From: Mizuhopecten yessoensis
Lineage: Eukaryota
Reading direction: 5' to 3'
DNA: 64,000 bases
Assembly (NCBI RefSeq): GCF_002113885.1
Contig: NW_018480062.1
Location: 336,470-400,469 of the forward strand
Below, piece after piece: positions 50,797 through 64,000 of the stretch (the first letter of the stretch is position 1; every line of letters starts with the position of its first letter). The translations under genes and the position numbers were made by a program. The notes under the pieces are model-generated. The model worked only from the letters and a program-made list of their open reading frames with translations. It ran no database searches and was not told the origin of the DNA.

Positions 50797-53160
50797 TTAA
50801 GAGCTCAAGCCGTTTGAGGACCTGCTTCCACGTGTGTATTGTATGTGTGTGTGATGGAGGAATGTTGGTGCATTTGTCTCCTTGAAATAGTACGGATCTG
50901 ATCCCAACTTTAGATTGCTACATATGTACCAGGTTGACTCTTATAAAATTCAGCGGGAAAGAGCAGGTTTATTCTTTTCTCAAAAGCCGACCTGTACGAT
51001 TGTTGAATTCAGGTATAATTCAGAGGGATTTGGTTTGACTTTAAATTATACAGCAAACTAAATTTTAGGTATTTGTTTTTACGCTACACGTATCATGTGA
51101 TTAAAACAAGGCAGTAAATGGGTTATTGAACACAAGGCATATCACACTGATACACTTTAGAACTTAAGATTACTAGGGACTTTCGCTTTGACAGATGGAC
51201 ATAAAAGGAAGAGGTGTCGAAAAAACTTCTATTACCTCTCAACGTATCTAGTTCACATTACACAAGCGAAAATTAAAAGCATCAAGCCTTATGTTGATAA
51301 GAAATTAAAGAAGGCAATACGATAGACCGTTCCCTGCGCTGTGGAACAATAAACGTTCGCTTTTTTTCCTGAAATCAAGGTTTCGTATGAGTATAGAGTT
51401 ACATGTAAAACAAAACACTTCGTGATCTATAACGTAGCAAGTTTCTGGAATGGAACTTTAAAAAAATGTTACATCCTGAAAATCCAAGACTTCAACTGTT
51501 GTATTATACTTAAACGAATTGCAGCGTTTTAAAACAAATATTCCAAGACAACGCTGGGAAGAATAATGTTTGCTGTTCAGTGACTAACGGCCTGTCAACG
51601 ACGCTTAACCTTAACAACGAGACTAATAAATCGCAACATGAAGACCGATGTATTGGGAAAGATTGCCAAAGAATCAGTAGGTGTGTGTTATGTCCTTGCG
51701 AGGTCACGGTTATGGTCAAGGAACTCGACTGCAAGCTCTCTGAAGTACCATGCCGGAGGCATTCAGAACAGTAAAACGGTTTTAACAACTGTTGTAAGTT
51801 CCCTAAATGCAAAACTTCAGCAGGGAATCATAACTACCATTATAAAGGAATTTTATTGTTATGTCGGATCCGTATCTTACTGCAAGAACACACGAGAGAA
51901 CTCCATTTCAGTTTTCGTTCATACAGTAACCTTTCCCTAATTTCCTTTTAGACATAAATATAGGCGACAGGGTCAAGATACTATCGTTGATCGGGTAGAG
52001 CAATGGTATGGTGATCGGAGGTCCAGAAATCCATTTCTGGTCTAGTCTTATTTCACTCAGAACAGTTGGATAGTGGATTCAGGTTTTTCTTTCATTTTGA
52101 TTATTTTTTCATAAAAGTTCCACACGGTCTGATCAAAGTTAAGCCATGCCATGAAAGACGTTTTCCATTGCATAGTGACAGGGTTTTGGCAGTGTTACAG
52201 GGTCCTTACTTAAGTCAAAAGGCAATGATGACGTCGTTCGGTATTAACAAATGTTGTTCTGCCTCAGTTATCGCCAGTACAAAATACATATGGGTTAGTA
52301 TTTTATTTGTGTCTGGCTTTTACGATGTTTGTTATCTACATCAATATTAGATGAACACTCCTACTGAGTTAGATCCGTTGCCTCGAATGTCTGCACTCAA
52401 CAGTGAGACAATACATACATAAATATACATTTCATAGGTCAGATGGCAAAACATAATTACTTAGTAGTATTTGTTGGTATGATATCAACAGGTAGATGAT
52501 CAATGGTTATTCCATACATTTCGAGCCAATGATATGATTGTGTTTATGTCAAGGGTGAAGCTAGGTTAACGGCAAAATATCAAGCTCATGTTCTAGGCCA
52601 GTCACTGGCTTTAATTTATAAAATATTCATGGGCTGGTACTGGCGCCTACTGATGCAAAACCAAAACAATAGTTCAAGGCTCGCCGACACTGTTATGATG
52701 AACACCGTGAATTTGGGTCAGCATTATCTGGCTTTTCTAGCTATCAAAGTAGGGCGTTCGTGCGTGCGATGTATAGTCGCTCAGGTCTACCAATATAAAT
52801 GCGGAAGTTGTACTCTTGTTTACTACGGATGCGCATCATTGCATTGTATTTAATTGAATATGCACTATAAGCGTGATATAATCTTAAATAAGCTTAAAGT
52901 CAACGAACTCGCTCATCGCCGCTTCATCATCAAGATAGTTATCGATAGAACAATTGAGTCTGGGTTAAGTACAGATTATATATATGTAAGTGCAAAGCTT
53001 ATGTAAGTGCAAAGCACTTAAGAACTCCTAATCTTATAATTGCTTTATTTGATCATAAACCATTGCATATATGACAGCTTATCCGACATCTCCATTTTAC
53101 AAACTATACGTAGCCTCCATCTGGTAGTTTGACGTTGACAAAACATATCAAATTTATCTG

Positions 53161-53386
53161 TTTTATAACAATTATGAAACAAGATATATCAATTTATATT
53201 AATCACTCTTGTTGACCCGGATGTTAGTGCACGGGGGTGTTAATGTGGGAGGAAATTGGAGTACTTTAAGAAAACCCACGTGGTCGGGCAGGTGACTCCT
53301 TACCTGTTCACTTCCGATTAGGGAATCGAACCCCGACCGTCTTGGTGAAAGGTGAGTACGCTTTACACTGCGCCATCCGACCAACC
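53161..53386 (-). mobile_element. tRNA-derived SINE, same family as 12100-12334
   Basis: Shared ACAATTATGAAACAAG...TATATTAATCACTCTTGTTG.CCCGGATG end, A box TGGCGCAGTG, B box GGTTCGATTCC. Confidence 0.85.
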
Positions 53387-55109
53387 GTTGATATTTTTTC
53401 GTATCAGCACATTTACATTTAAAATTTAATTTATTATCCTGTGTTTCTTCACATTCACATATTTCAAGAATCACAATCTGTCTTATTTACAGTATCTCGA
53501 TGTTAAAAATATTCGTGAGTTGAAGTCCCGATGTTTCGATTTTTTCAAGATAATCCCCCAAAGTTCGATACATCGAAGTTTGAGTGTATTAACTTGATAG
53601 TGTTACTAATCACACCAAATGATTAACGCATGTATTTGGCCTTCACACTGATTTGTGCTACGTGATTAGTCTGATATCCAATTACAAGAAAATATTCTTC
53701 AAAGAAAGATTTGAAGTATAAGAGTTATTTTTTGCGATCTGATTTATTCTCGATGTTTCCTATACTAAGATAATTTCGACTACAACATTAGATATATATG
53801 GAGTGGTTGGGCTAATTTGTACGGGAAGGTTAACAGATGAACCGTAACTTTAACTTGATGATCACTGTCCCGCTGCCCTGTGTTTTCTCTCGTATATACA
53901 GTATGCTTCCTTTTACTTCCGTTTGGATATTCCTAAAGCACAGTTGGGTCCGGACACTTTCGTTGACCAAATACATGAAACTCAATTGAGTAGAGCGACA
54001 TCATAACAATCTGAAGTCTAGTGTTGGATACCTGGTCTAGCCCTGCTGGATTTTTCCGACCCATAGCACTTAAATTGATTATATTTTGTTTATTTTATCT
54101 TTAATATTTCTCGGTAGAGTCCCGCGAGGTTTGGTTTCCCTTTCAGAAACGGTTTATCAAAGCCATAGCCATGCCGTATAAAAGGTTTCTACCATACGGA
54201 TACAGTTGTTGGAAGTGCTACTAATTCGGTGTTTTCTTTGGTTACCGATATAATGTACATTATTCTGTGTCTGATACTACGAGTGGTCTATATCAATACA
54301 TCGACCCGATCTATTTTGGCTTTCGACAATAAACATGTCAAGACGTTAAGAATCACCAAAATGCGACACATCAGGGTTAATAATGTCTGGTCAGTTTTCA
54401 TATATTTATATTAGCTGTTGTTAAGGACTATTGACGTTTCATTTGTACAATGAACCGTCTTCTGATATAGAAACATGGCACGCTACAACGCAAAAACGGA
54501 AGCCAAGATTGATATCGTGTCACATGTCAGGCGTGACGTCATCACTGTATCAAAATATCTAGGCGATCAGATCCAGTGCCTTCGTAAAGATGAAAGATGA
54601 AAATATCGATTGATTTAATCAGAATCATTTAAGATGACACCGCAAAAAAATCCAATATCAAGATTTAGATTTCGGTTGCCTATTGGATAATAATACTACA
54701 AGGCAGTCAAAGAAGTTCGGGGATACTTTGTTTGGAGTTCAACGTTTTTACAACAGCTAAGGTTACAACGCCGAGAGAAAAGAGTGGAAAATGGAGAAGA
54801 AGAAGAAGAAGAAGAAGATACTGATCCAAAATGTACTCTTATGTTCCAAAACACAGAGAAAGTATTCCCTGGTAGATGGTTAGACAGAGAACGTTCATAG
54901 AAGATTTACTAAATTACTCCCCGGATTTAAGTCTATTAGCTACAGCGAGGGACTATCCCGATTGAGGCTTAAACTCTAACATACAAGCACTTGCGCAGAG
55001 ATCAACGTGTTCAAGTTTATGAATGGGCTATATGTTCCGAATTCGGTGGAGGGTTTGTTCGATCTCGCCGCTCAAGGAAAATCTCGTGGACACAATTAAT
55101 AAAATACTC

Positions 55110-55400
55110 AAACAATATTGTCATTTCAATGTTAGAAAACATTACTTTACTCAAGGAATAATTGATATCTGGAATAGTCTCCCACAAGATGTTTTTTCAT
55201 TTCGTAACGTATTTGAATTTGAGCAAAACTTCTTGAAATCTCGAAAAATCGAAATCTCGAATTCTCGAAAGATCTCGAGTTGTAGTTCGATGATCCAGCG
55301 ACTTATATATAGGCTTATTTTATGTTTACCACATTGTGTTTCGAAATATATTGATGTGGATTTAGAGACAGCGATGCCTGCGTCCACTAATATCCTATTA
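55110..55400 (+). mobile_element. 3' fragment of a CR1/L2-clade LINE
   Basis: NVRKHYFTQGIIDIWNSLPQDV matches the CR1 ORF2 C-terminal R.xFF..R....WNSLP motif; GTGGA...TCCAC stem-loop near 55357-55386. Confidence 0.6.
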
Positions 55401-57649
55401 AATAATATCAAATGATATCACGTGTATTTTACATACTATGATGTGCAATTCAATTCATTGCATTGCTGAAATGACGCTTTCCGCAGGTAAAGCATGGTTC
55501 GAATCTTACATGAAATAAACAAAGAGTACATTGTAAGATAGAACCAAAAGCTGCTTGATGAGAAATGTTAAATGTGTTTAAACCAAAAACTAATAGATAA
55601 TTAAAGTATTGTCAAATATGTTGATGTCCTCTTAAGGATGCCTGTCCCACTAAAGGCAAAACAAAATTAGACAATTTTACTGTGATTTTTAATATATACA
55701 GAATCCTACCCTCCATTTCGTTTTCGATGTACGTGTAATGCAATTGATCTATAAATACTTCTGTTTAGCCGGTACATGTAGCTTCTATGGTTGGCGTGAC
55801 ATAATAACAATTTGAGAGCCAGGATTATAATCCTTGTCAAGTCCTGGTATTTTTTGACACTCAAAACACTTTCGCTGATTATGTTTTGATGATTCTATTT
55901 TAAGAATCCCTTTCCCACTGTATATGTAATGTTTTTCGCTAACAACCTCACCAAAACGTTTTCCCCCCTCCTCAACCCCACAAACATTCCCATCAAATCC
56001 GCTTAAATATTCAACCCGAAAATCGTGACACAGTCTTCAGACAGTTACGTGTATTTCCTTTGGAATAGAGTACATTTGCACGACGTATTATTCTGAACAC
56101 GTTAAGCATTTTGCTACGAAATTGACTTTATGTTAAGACCCTCTATGGATCCTTAGTTGGAGAATTCCCGGAGGCGTTCATTAAACTATACAGTTACCTA
56201 TAATTATTTGCATTTAACTGAGCAATAAGCATAATTAACTCCTTAATGAAAGGTCAATGTGGACGTATATAATTAAGAATTAAGCTATCTAAATGATTCA
56301 GTGTTAAAAGCTATCAAAGTTGTTACGACACAAAGCACCCACTTTACCCATTGCCAGACGGTCGTTCTGCTTGATCCCGGATCGATTATCCTCCGTAACC
56401 AGTTCTATTGGCCATATTTGATTTACTTTACTCATAAATTTCTTGCCACTACGGGTTGCTGCAAGCTTTTGCTCTACATAAACACGTATCGAGCGTTTTG
56501 TAAGCAATTTCGCTGTGGGTTATCGAGGCAGATGGAAATTACTGGAATGTGTATAGAATGACGACATCAGTGGTGCTATCTCTAGAGATTTCTAATAACA
56601 CCAAATCAAGCGGCTTATGGTTCAGGGCATGCAAAGCATAACGTACCGTATTGGAAAATTACAATGGTTGCAATCCATTTCCGGACATTTTAGAAACAGT
56701 ATACTTTTGGAAGAATATATTTCAATTGATAGAAGGGACTGAATGTGTTGACGGTTCCGTGATTAAAAACAAAAACTTTTTTTTCTTTTCGATATCCGCG
56801 TCTGGTTGACCATACTGATAAAAAGTAAATTAGGTCAGACGTCCGACCATGATGGACTAGTATCGTAAATAACTCCTGGTCTTACACAGCACTAGTCAAA
56901 TGTGGGCTGGAAAAAATAAAGATTGGGCCAGATGACTTCACCAAGGCACCACAACGATTTTGAGACCATCAATAATTGGCACCAATGTTGCCAGTGGTGG
57001 AAACACAATACATTATGTCGATGCTCTTTGACGTATGTCTATGTCGGTTGTGAGATTTCATGTCATACTGGCAGACCAACATCATTCCTATCATCGGTTA
57101 AGAAATCCGTCTCAATTCTGAGATTTTATTTTGTGATGTTCTACCAGACGAAACAATTGGTTTTAATACAAACCACTAATTTGACAGAAAACGTTCTTAT
57201 TGAAGATTTCAGTGAAGTTGTATTCGGGAAATGAACTTGTTTTAGACAACATTGCGTGTTTACTCATCATTTTCAGACATATCTTTACGTTCCAAATGTT
57301 CTTTCGCAGACACAAGTGTTGATGTCTCACATTAGGATTTTTCTCCTTTGTTTCAATATCCTATGGGTGTATGCTTTTACGGCAAACAGCTAACAATATG
57401 TTATTTTTTTCTGAATGCCCAAAGTGAAAACTCATGCAAATATTGCCTTCTCTGCCTAACGGTATTTTGCTGTTTTACCTGTTTGCCGACAACAATAGTT
57501 CGATACTAAGTACAATCACTCATTAAAATTATACGTTTCGACATGGTCACGAAACCATTTGCCATTTTAATGGCATTATCGATCCTGTCCAACTGCAGGC
57601 AAAACTCCAGATGTTTCCTTATTTGTTTTTTTTATATATGTTCGTACAA

Positions 57650-58140
57650 TAACCCCCTAAATTTCTTTTTTATAACTGTAAAGGGACCATTGAACTATCG
57701 CTGACCAGGTAGCTCAACTAGCTATAGCAATAATATTGTTATCAAAGGTCAATGTTTCGAACCCTGGTGCACGGGTGTCGCTCCAACTGTAGGTAAAACA
57801 CCAAAGAATTCAAAAAAACAGTAACCATCTTGATTCCTTTTGTTTATCACTGCAGTTAGACCATTTACCAGGTAGCTCAATTGATTAGAGCAACAATATT
57901 GTTATCGAAGGACAATGGTTCAAATCCTGGTCCAGCCCGCTGGCATAGATCCATATCCCAATGCAGACACAACACCAGATAGTTAGTTTTTTTCAAGCAA
58001 ACAGCAACACCCTTAATTTCCTTTTATTGTATAACTACAATGGGACCATTAATATATACCTGACCAGCTAGCTCAATTGATTAAAGCATCAATATTGTTA
58101 TCGAAGCTCAAGTGTTGAGTCCGTAACCAGTCCTCTGGCA
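57650..58140 (+). repeat. Three tandem units, each with a degenerate tRNA-like (SINE-head) sequence
   Basis: CCAG(G/C)TAGCTCAA...ATATTGTTATC...TTC(G/A)AA.CCTGGT at 57705, 57868 and 58064, with shared upstream GACCATT block. Confidence 0.65.
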
Positions 58141-59160
58141 TGGTTTTCTAATAACGCTGTTTTTAATAGCCTTGTGTGGTTGTATATTGCGTATTGTTTT
58201 AAAGGGCCACAAGGAATGATTGTTTATCAGAAATAACTTATTGTTATATATTTTTTCACGCAAGTAAAACGTTGCCATTTTATCGCTACGGTTTTAGGTA
58301 GTTTTTGGAGATCTTTATCAAGAAGCATACTGTCAACTGGTTATTTTGCACTGATAGCTCTTTCGCTTAAACAGATTTAGATTTCTGCTTATGGTATATT
58401 CATATCCAATGCTTTCAACGCCAGAAACAACAACATACCTTAGCCAACACGCCATGTGATATCAACAGGATAATGATAAATAATTAAAAACGAACATTTC
58501 TCCCAACTTCATATCACTGTAAGGTAACGCTATTTTACGCGTTCCTAGTGTTAAAAAATGTAATCCAGGTAGGCGCGGGTTATTTTCATTCACATAAACA
58601 GGATGTTTTAGAAAGTTATATCTCCATAAAGAAATGATTCCTGACGCTCGTTGTACATGCTTTATCACCAGTAAAACAATTATGTTTATGGAAGTAGAAA
58701 TGACAAACATAGATAAAACATTATTGTGCCTCATATTCCCGTATATTATTATACATGCTGATTATTAATACTAACGGCAGAGAAGAAAACAATGGCAATT
58801 TACAGATACATGTACATCATTAAAACGTTTATCCTTATATATCGTGTTTCGATTGGTCAACACTTTGCATCCTCCCAACTGCTATGGTCATTTGAGATAC
58901 ACATCACTCAGTTGAGACTTTGATGAACAATTAATCAAATGTCATAAACTGCACCTGGTCACATACATGTAATTCTGATAAGAAGCTAGTCAGGGGTGCA
59001 AAAAGGGAAAAAACCACGGAATACAAAAGTGCCAACAAAGCCATAGTTAGAACTCAAAATCGATGAACCTAGGGCAAATTTAGAACAAAGGAAATACCAA
59101 CATTGGAAAACGCAAAAGAAAAAGGAGAGAAAGACCTCGGTACGTATTCATGAAACTGTT

Positions 59161-59566
59161 CTCAAACTTAAGCATGGATTTTGTGCTCAAGCCTAATTTC
59201 ATGTTCTTGTTATAACCTTATAAATAAAACTTATTTTGTCGATGAATTGGAAAACATTTTGAAGAGACTTAAAGCTTAATGCTGTTTTCAACGTTTACAT
59301 TTGACTTTTTGATCGTTTGACATGATCTAAGCGAAATACAAGAAAGTTGGTTTCAGGTATGTATTTTGTGCTCAAGTTTAATTTCTTGTTCTTGTTATAA
59401 CATAATAAATAACACTTATTTTGTCAACGATTTGCAAACGGTTTGAAGAGACTTAATGCCAAATACTGTTTACAATGTTAACTTTTGACCTTTTGATCGT
59501 TTGACATGATCTAAGCAAGTTACAAGAAATTTGGTATGAGCACAGAATCCTTGCTTAAGCATTGAG
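59161..59566. mobile_element. MITE-like element with ~30-bp IRs and an internal 185-bp tandem duplication
   Basis: CTCAAACTTAAGCATGGATTTTGTGCTCA vs TGAGCACAGAATCCTTGCTTAAGCATTGAG; ATTTTGTGCTCAAG unit starts at 59178 and 59363. Confidence 0.65.
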
Positions 59567-62500
59567 CTTGAAGTCCTGCGAAACAGATGCTCCTATAAGT
59601 TCCTCTTTTATCGAATACACTGTGCAGACCTATCGTTACATATTTGGTTCAGTTTTAATTGGTTTAGAGTTCTATTAATAGCTAAGGACAGTTTTTAAGG
59701 ATGTGCCTAACACCGGACTACCGTACTTTAGGAAAACATTTGGGTTAACCAAATCGATCTGAATATTTGAAATAAATATCATGTTCCGGGTTTAGGTAGA
59801 AACAATATTTTAAGGGAATTAACAAGTAACCATGTTATTGCTGTAATCAACTGTGCTATTGCCCATGTCCGAATATTACTCTTAGTAGATTCCAGATAAG
59901 CAATGAATCAAGACAAAACAATAACAATGTTGGTGTCTTTCTGTTTAAGTTATGGCAATAGCTGTTTCGCGTGCAAGCTCTGATTTTATACTTCTCTATG
60001 ATGACGACGTTCATTAGAATTGTAAATGTGAGTTCACTTGAGAGCCACATACTTATGGCACCAGACTGATATTTATATCATGTCATATGATGATACGGTG
60101 CAGGAGGAGATATAACTGGAACGAAAAGAGCAAAAAAGAGGGAAAAGCTAGGTGATTCTTATAATTTAACGGTCGCAGCATATCAATTTTGGTACGTTTA
60201 AAAAGACCAGAAGGAGCATACAAACCAAACACTTGATTTTGTATTGACCCCATAAATAGCCTCAAATGACACGGCACAGGGATAAAGGACTGCATTATTT
60301 TGTTTGTTTGTTTGTTTGGGGTTGAACGCTTTTGCAACAGCCAAGACATATGAAGAAGGGTGTTTTATATTCTTTCCTGATATCCCTACCTGCGTCAGTA
60401 ACATAGAAAGATAAAGTATTTCCAAATGATAATTAAACCTTGTATAAAATGCACTTGCATAATGAAAACAGCTTCAAATTGCACCATAGTCAGCGACTGT
60501 GCGATTCCAGTAATAAAAGTGATTGTGAGATAAATTATTACCGCAACTAAAACTTAAATTTACCGCACAATCGTTATAATATTATCGGAGATTTGGTTGA
60601 TGGTTTTTCATTAAGGATAGTAGACAGGGGATTCGACTTTTCCCACGTATCTCGGTTGAGGTTCTATTGACGGTGTTATCGTTGATTTTGCATACTGTAC
60701 CGGAAACGTGTTACCAGAATAATCTATCGCAAATGAATCTAAACTTGAATATAACCCGGTTCAGGATAGGAGGGAAGAATAACCCTATTTTATCCCGCTG
60801 CATGCAAGTAAGGGACGTAATGCAGAACCCACTACAGAATGGAGGGTTTTCTAATCTTCTGCTGCTAAGAGGACATTTGAGAATTTGCTTTTATGATACA
60901 AATGTACGGTTTCGACTGTTTGGAATCCCTTTCAGTTTTCTGTTCTCTTGTCTCTTCGAGATTGGTTTTCATAATGCTTTTGATTTTGCAAGGACATACA
61001 ACCCGTATCCCCAACAAACTAAATACAAGGACAGTAAAGGTTCAAACAGTGTAGGATGCGGCCGTTACAGAGAGCGCTGATACACACAATTCCAACTAAG
61101 CATAACTAACCGAGTGGCAAGATGATACATATGACAGAGTGGTCTAAAGCTCTTCACTTCATCTCCTACTTCCTGCAAATGATGTCCATTATTGATTAAA
61201 AACCGTTTTGGAATATCAGAGAACAAACTTCCCTCACGGGATTGTTATATGTATGCCCTATAGCTAGAGGAAATGATGAAAACAATGATCGTGTTTAGCC
61301 GGAAAAAACCCAAGGGAATTGGTATATTTATCAAGGCCTGTCTCAACATAATATCAAGGGGATGCCATCAATTCAAGCATACATTTCTTCATTTGTGCCC
61401 CATTCTTAAGCTTTCATGACGTTAGTGTACTATTATTAAGTAGCACATATAGCGTAATACCGATATCGATCAAGTACAAATGAGATATCGTAGAGAAGAC
61501 GAAGTCTTTGTTGAAAGATTGGTTAGTTTACAACCTGACATATACAATGGTAAACGCCTTGATTGATGTCTGTCTGTATGGGTGTTAACGTCCTTAGCAA
61601 CAGCTAAGGTCATATGGAGATGGATGTCGTTGATCACAAAAGGTGTATTAGGGCAACAAATCTATTTTGGTATCTTCAATGATCCTTCCTTTAAAGAACT
61701 ATATTAATATTAATATTGAATGATACACTGTCATTATGTCATATATCCTCCAGAGGGAAAACAATGGCAAGGTTAATTCATGACTATAAAGAGATCGGGT
61801 AGTACATGTAGTTAATACACTGTAACATCAAAATATATCAGAGCTATTGTAAAACATGCATGTTTTTCAAGAAAGTTACAACACAGGATTTGGAAAGAGG
61901 AAGGTTGATGGAGTGCTACATATGTACAATCGCCTTCATAATCTCAATTTTTGGAGAGAGGGGTGGGGTATATTATATTTCGTTGTGTGAAATAATGGTC
62001 AAATTTTCCCAATATAATTATTCCTGATATGCTGTTCCTTGTGTTTTGTTATCTACTATTACTTTTCTCGTTTTGAGGACATGACTTTATTTGGATTTTA
62101 CCTAGAACTAAATGACTAGTGAAAGTGATCGGGCATTCCCTAACACTTAGTCTTATTTTCCCAAAGACAAAGACACATATACAGATGTATATTTCTTGAT
62201 ATTATTCATGTTGTTGTTATTACGACCATTTATATGCATACAATGACACACAGTTTATATAAATAGAAAGAAATGTATGCATTTCTAAATCTCTTGTGTC
62301 CCATTATCTTATGGATCTCGTCTGAATGGTGATTGCTTGTCATGAAAATATAAATCTTTGATATGGACGTAATCCGCAGACATTACCAGGTACAACTGTA
62401 TAACAATGCGGTCTGTCGGTATCGTGTCAGGCACGATTCACACAAAGGTCATCTACGTATACCGTCAGTGATAGGAACATGTCAGGACTTTATAATATAA

Positions 62501-64000
62501 GCAATGTTATGTGATGTGTTTTTTGGGAAATATGAATCCGTCGAATTGATGTGATTGGCGATATTCGTAAATATGGTTACATACATTTTACTTTTACCAA
62601 TGTAAGGGGTAGCTAGCCCACCATCTTGTGATACAAATGTTGATTTGATCACGAAACAGCAAAGATGAATTATATTAACAATGATTGCATCTGTATGTTT
62701 GGCATTTCATTGCTGTATGTGGTATTTCATCCTTCCATATCTTTGATATATCTATCAGATATTTTATTTATATATGTATCTGTACAACAACCATTCAGGT
62801 CAGGGATTTAGAAAAGACAACGTGTTGTTTCTGTACCCGTTGCATAATCTCATTTGGGAACCTCATGCAGATTTTAAAATGTTTGTGTCTCCTACGACAG
62901 TTCCAGAAAATAATAAGCTGTTGTAAACATTGCTACTTTGAAACTGCACGTTTACACGGAATTGTGAGAAAGAAATTACCTAAAAGAAAATAATCAAGAC
63001 GTTACAGACACATTAAGGATTTATTAACGTTAAGTTCAAATTAAAATAGTAGCAAAACAGTGTATATGTTTATATCAAACACCAATTGATAACCTGATCA
63101 ATTACAAAAAAAGGACGTTTTAACATACTTTAGCATGTAGACTGTCAGATGTCAATCTATGGTTCAACGGTTATGGTATAACCAAAAATTATTGAAATTA
63201 ATAACCACATGCATATCGATATCTACCGACAAAAAATACAAAAAATATTGATTTATATTGTAAGACGTTTTCTCTTATTTTTAACTTACTCGTCAAACTA
63301 ACTAGGCGTTGGGCATCATGGCTCGGTAATATATCTATGGCAGTGCTGAAGTAATCCCCTCAGGAATTGCACTTAAAAAGGTCGGGGTACGTTGTGAGAG
63401 ATGTTTTTATTATACACATGTAGGTCATGTTTCTCTGCTTCTGTTGGGGTATTGTTAGACTGTAGTGTCGCATACACTTTCCGTACTGATAAGAACGGCC
63501 AAAACAAAAACAAAAAACAACATCATCCAAATTCTTGCATTTTCCTTCCGTTTGGTTGACACTTGATCGATTCTGCCATGAAGCCGGATCACTTATCATA
63601 ACATTTCACAGGATTAACTACTTCCAAAGGATCAAAGCTTACCAAACATGCAGAGTATAACTCAGAAAAAATGACACAGGTAGGCGTGAGGAAATAATGA
63701 CAGTATTCTGCCCATGTGAAAGAGTCGCAGTCATTAGAATCTGATACATTATGTACATAATGTACTGACTTGATATAGCAAAAAGATGCATTGCATAAAG
63801 ATGAAGAACTTTCTCGATTAATATCCTTAAAAGTCATTGCAGTCTTAGCGTAGAACTGGGACTGGACATTATGAAGATAGTTGGCATGAGGGATTAGAAA
63901 CTGTGTATATTCAGTTACCGGAAAGACGATAAATTTCCCATAAAGCTAGTTTGCAACGGAAATGTCTCCTAAGAGATACCTGACTGTCGTTGTTGAAATA

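Noticed and set aside
51525-51780. Cys-rich open frames that might be exons
   Set aside because: No recognisable domain or partner exons, and on the opposite strand to the Trk-like exon.

Overview
AT-rich animal genomic DNA. The repeat types (Helentron/HINE-like elements, tRNA-head V-type SINEs, MITEs) suggest a bivalve mollusc, which is an inference. Most of the window is intronic or intergenic. The only host coding sequence I can support is one 75-nt LRR exon resembling Trk neurotrophin receptors (24470-24544, minus strand). The centrepiece is an intact-looking Ty3/Gypsy LTR retrotransposon (14026-22969, TATA TSD, PNMA-like Gag, PR-RT-RH-IN Pol, -1 frameshift pseudoknot) with asymmetric LTRs. 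The 935-bp 5' LTR holds two canonical GT-AG introns (14418-14616, 14687-14880) that are excised to the nucleotide from the 542-bp 3' LTR. Standard LTR reverse transcription should give identical LTRs. The element also has further intron-like segments in both UTRs, a hairpin completed by splicing, a phased ETS-motif array and a duplicated PPT cassette. Other content: a frameshifted DD34E Tc1 transposon, two HINE-like elements, two SINEs, several MITE/foldback elements, a CR1 fragment, and a 2.7-kb 50-bp satellite that has exchanged sequence with a nearby site.
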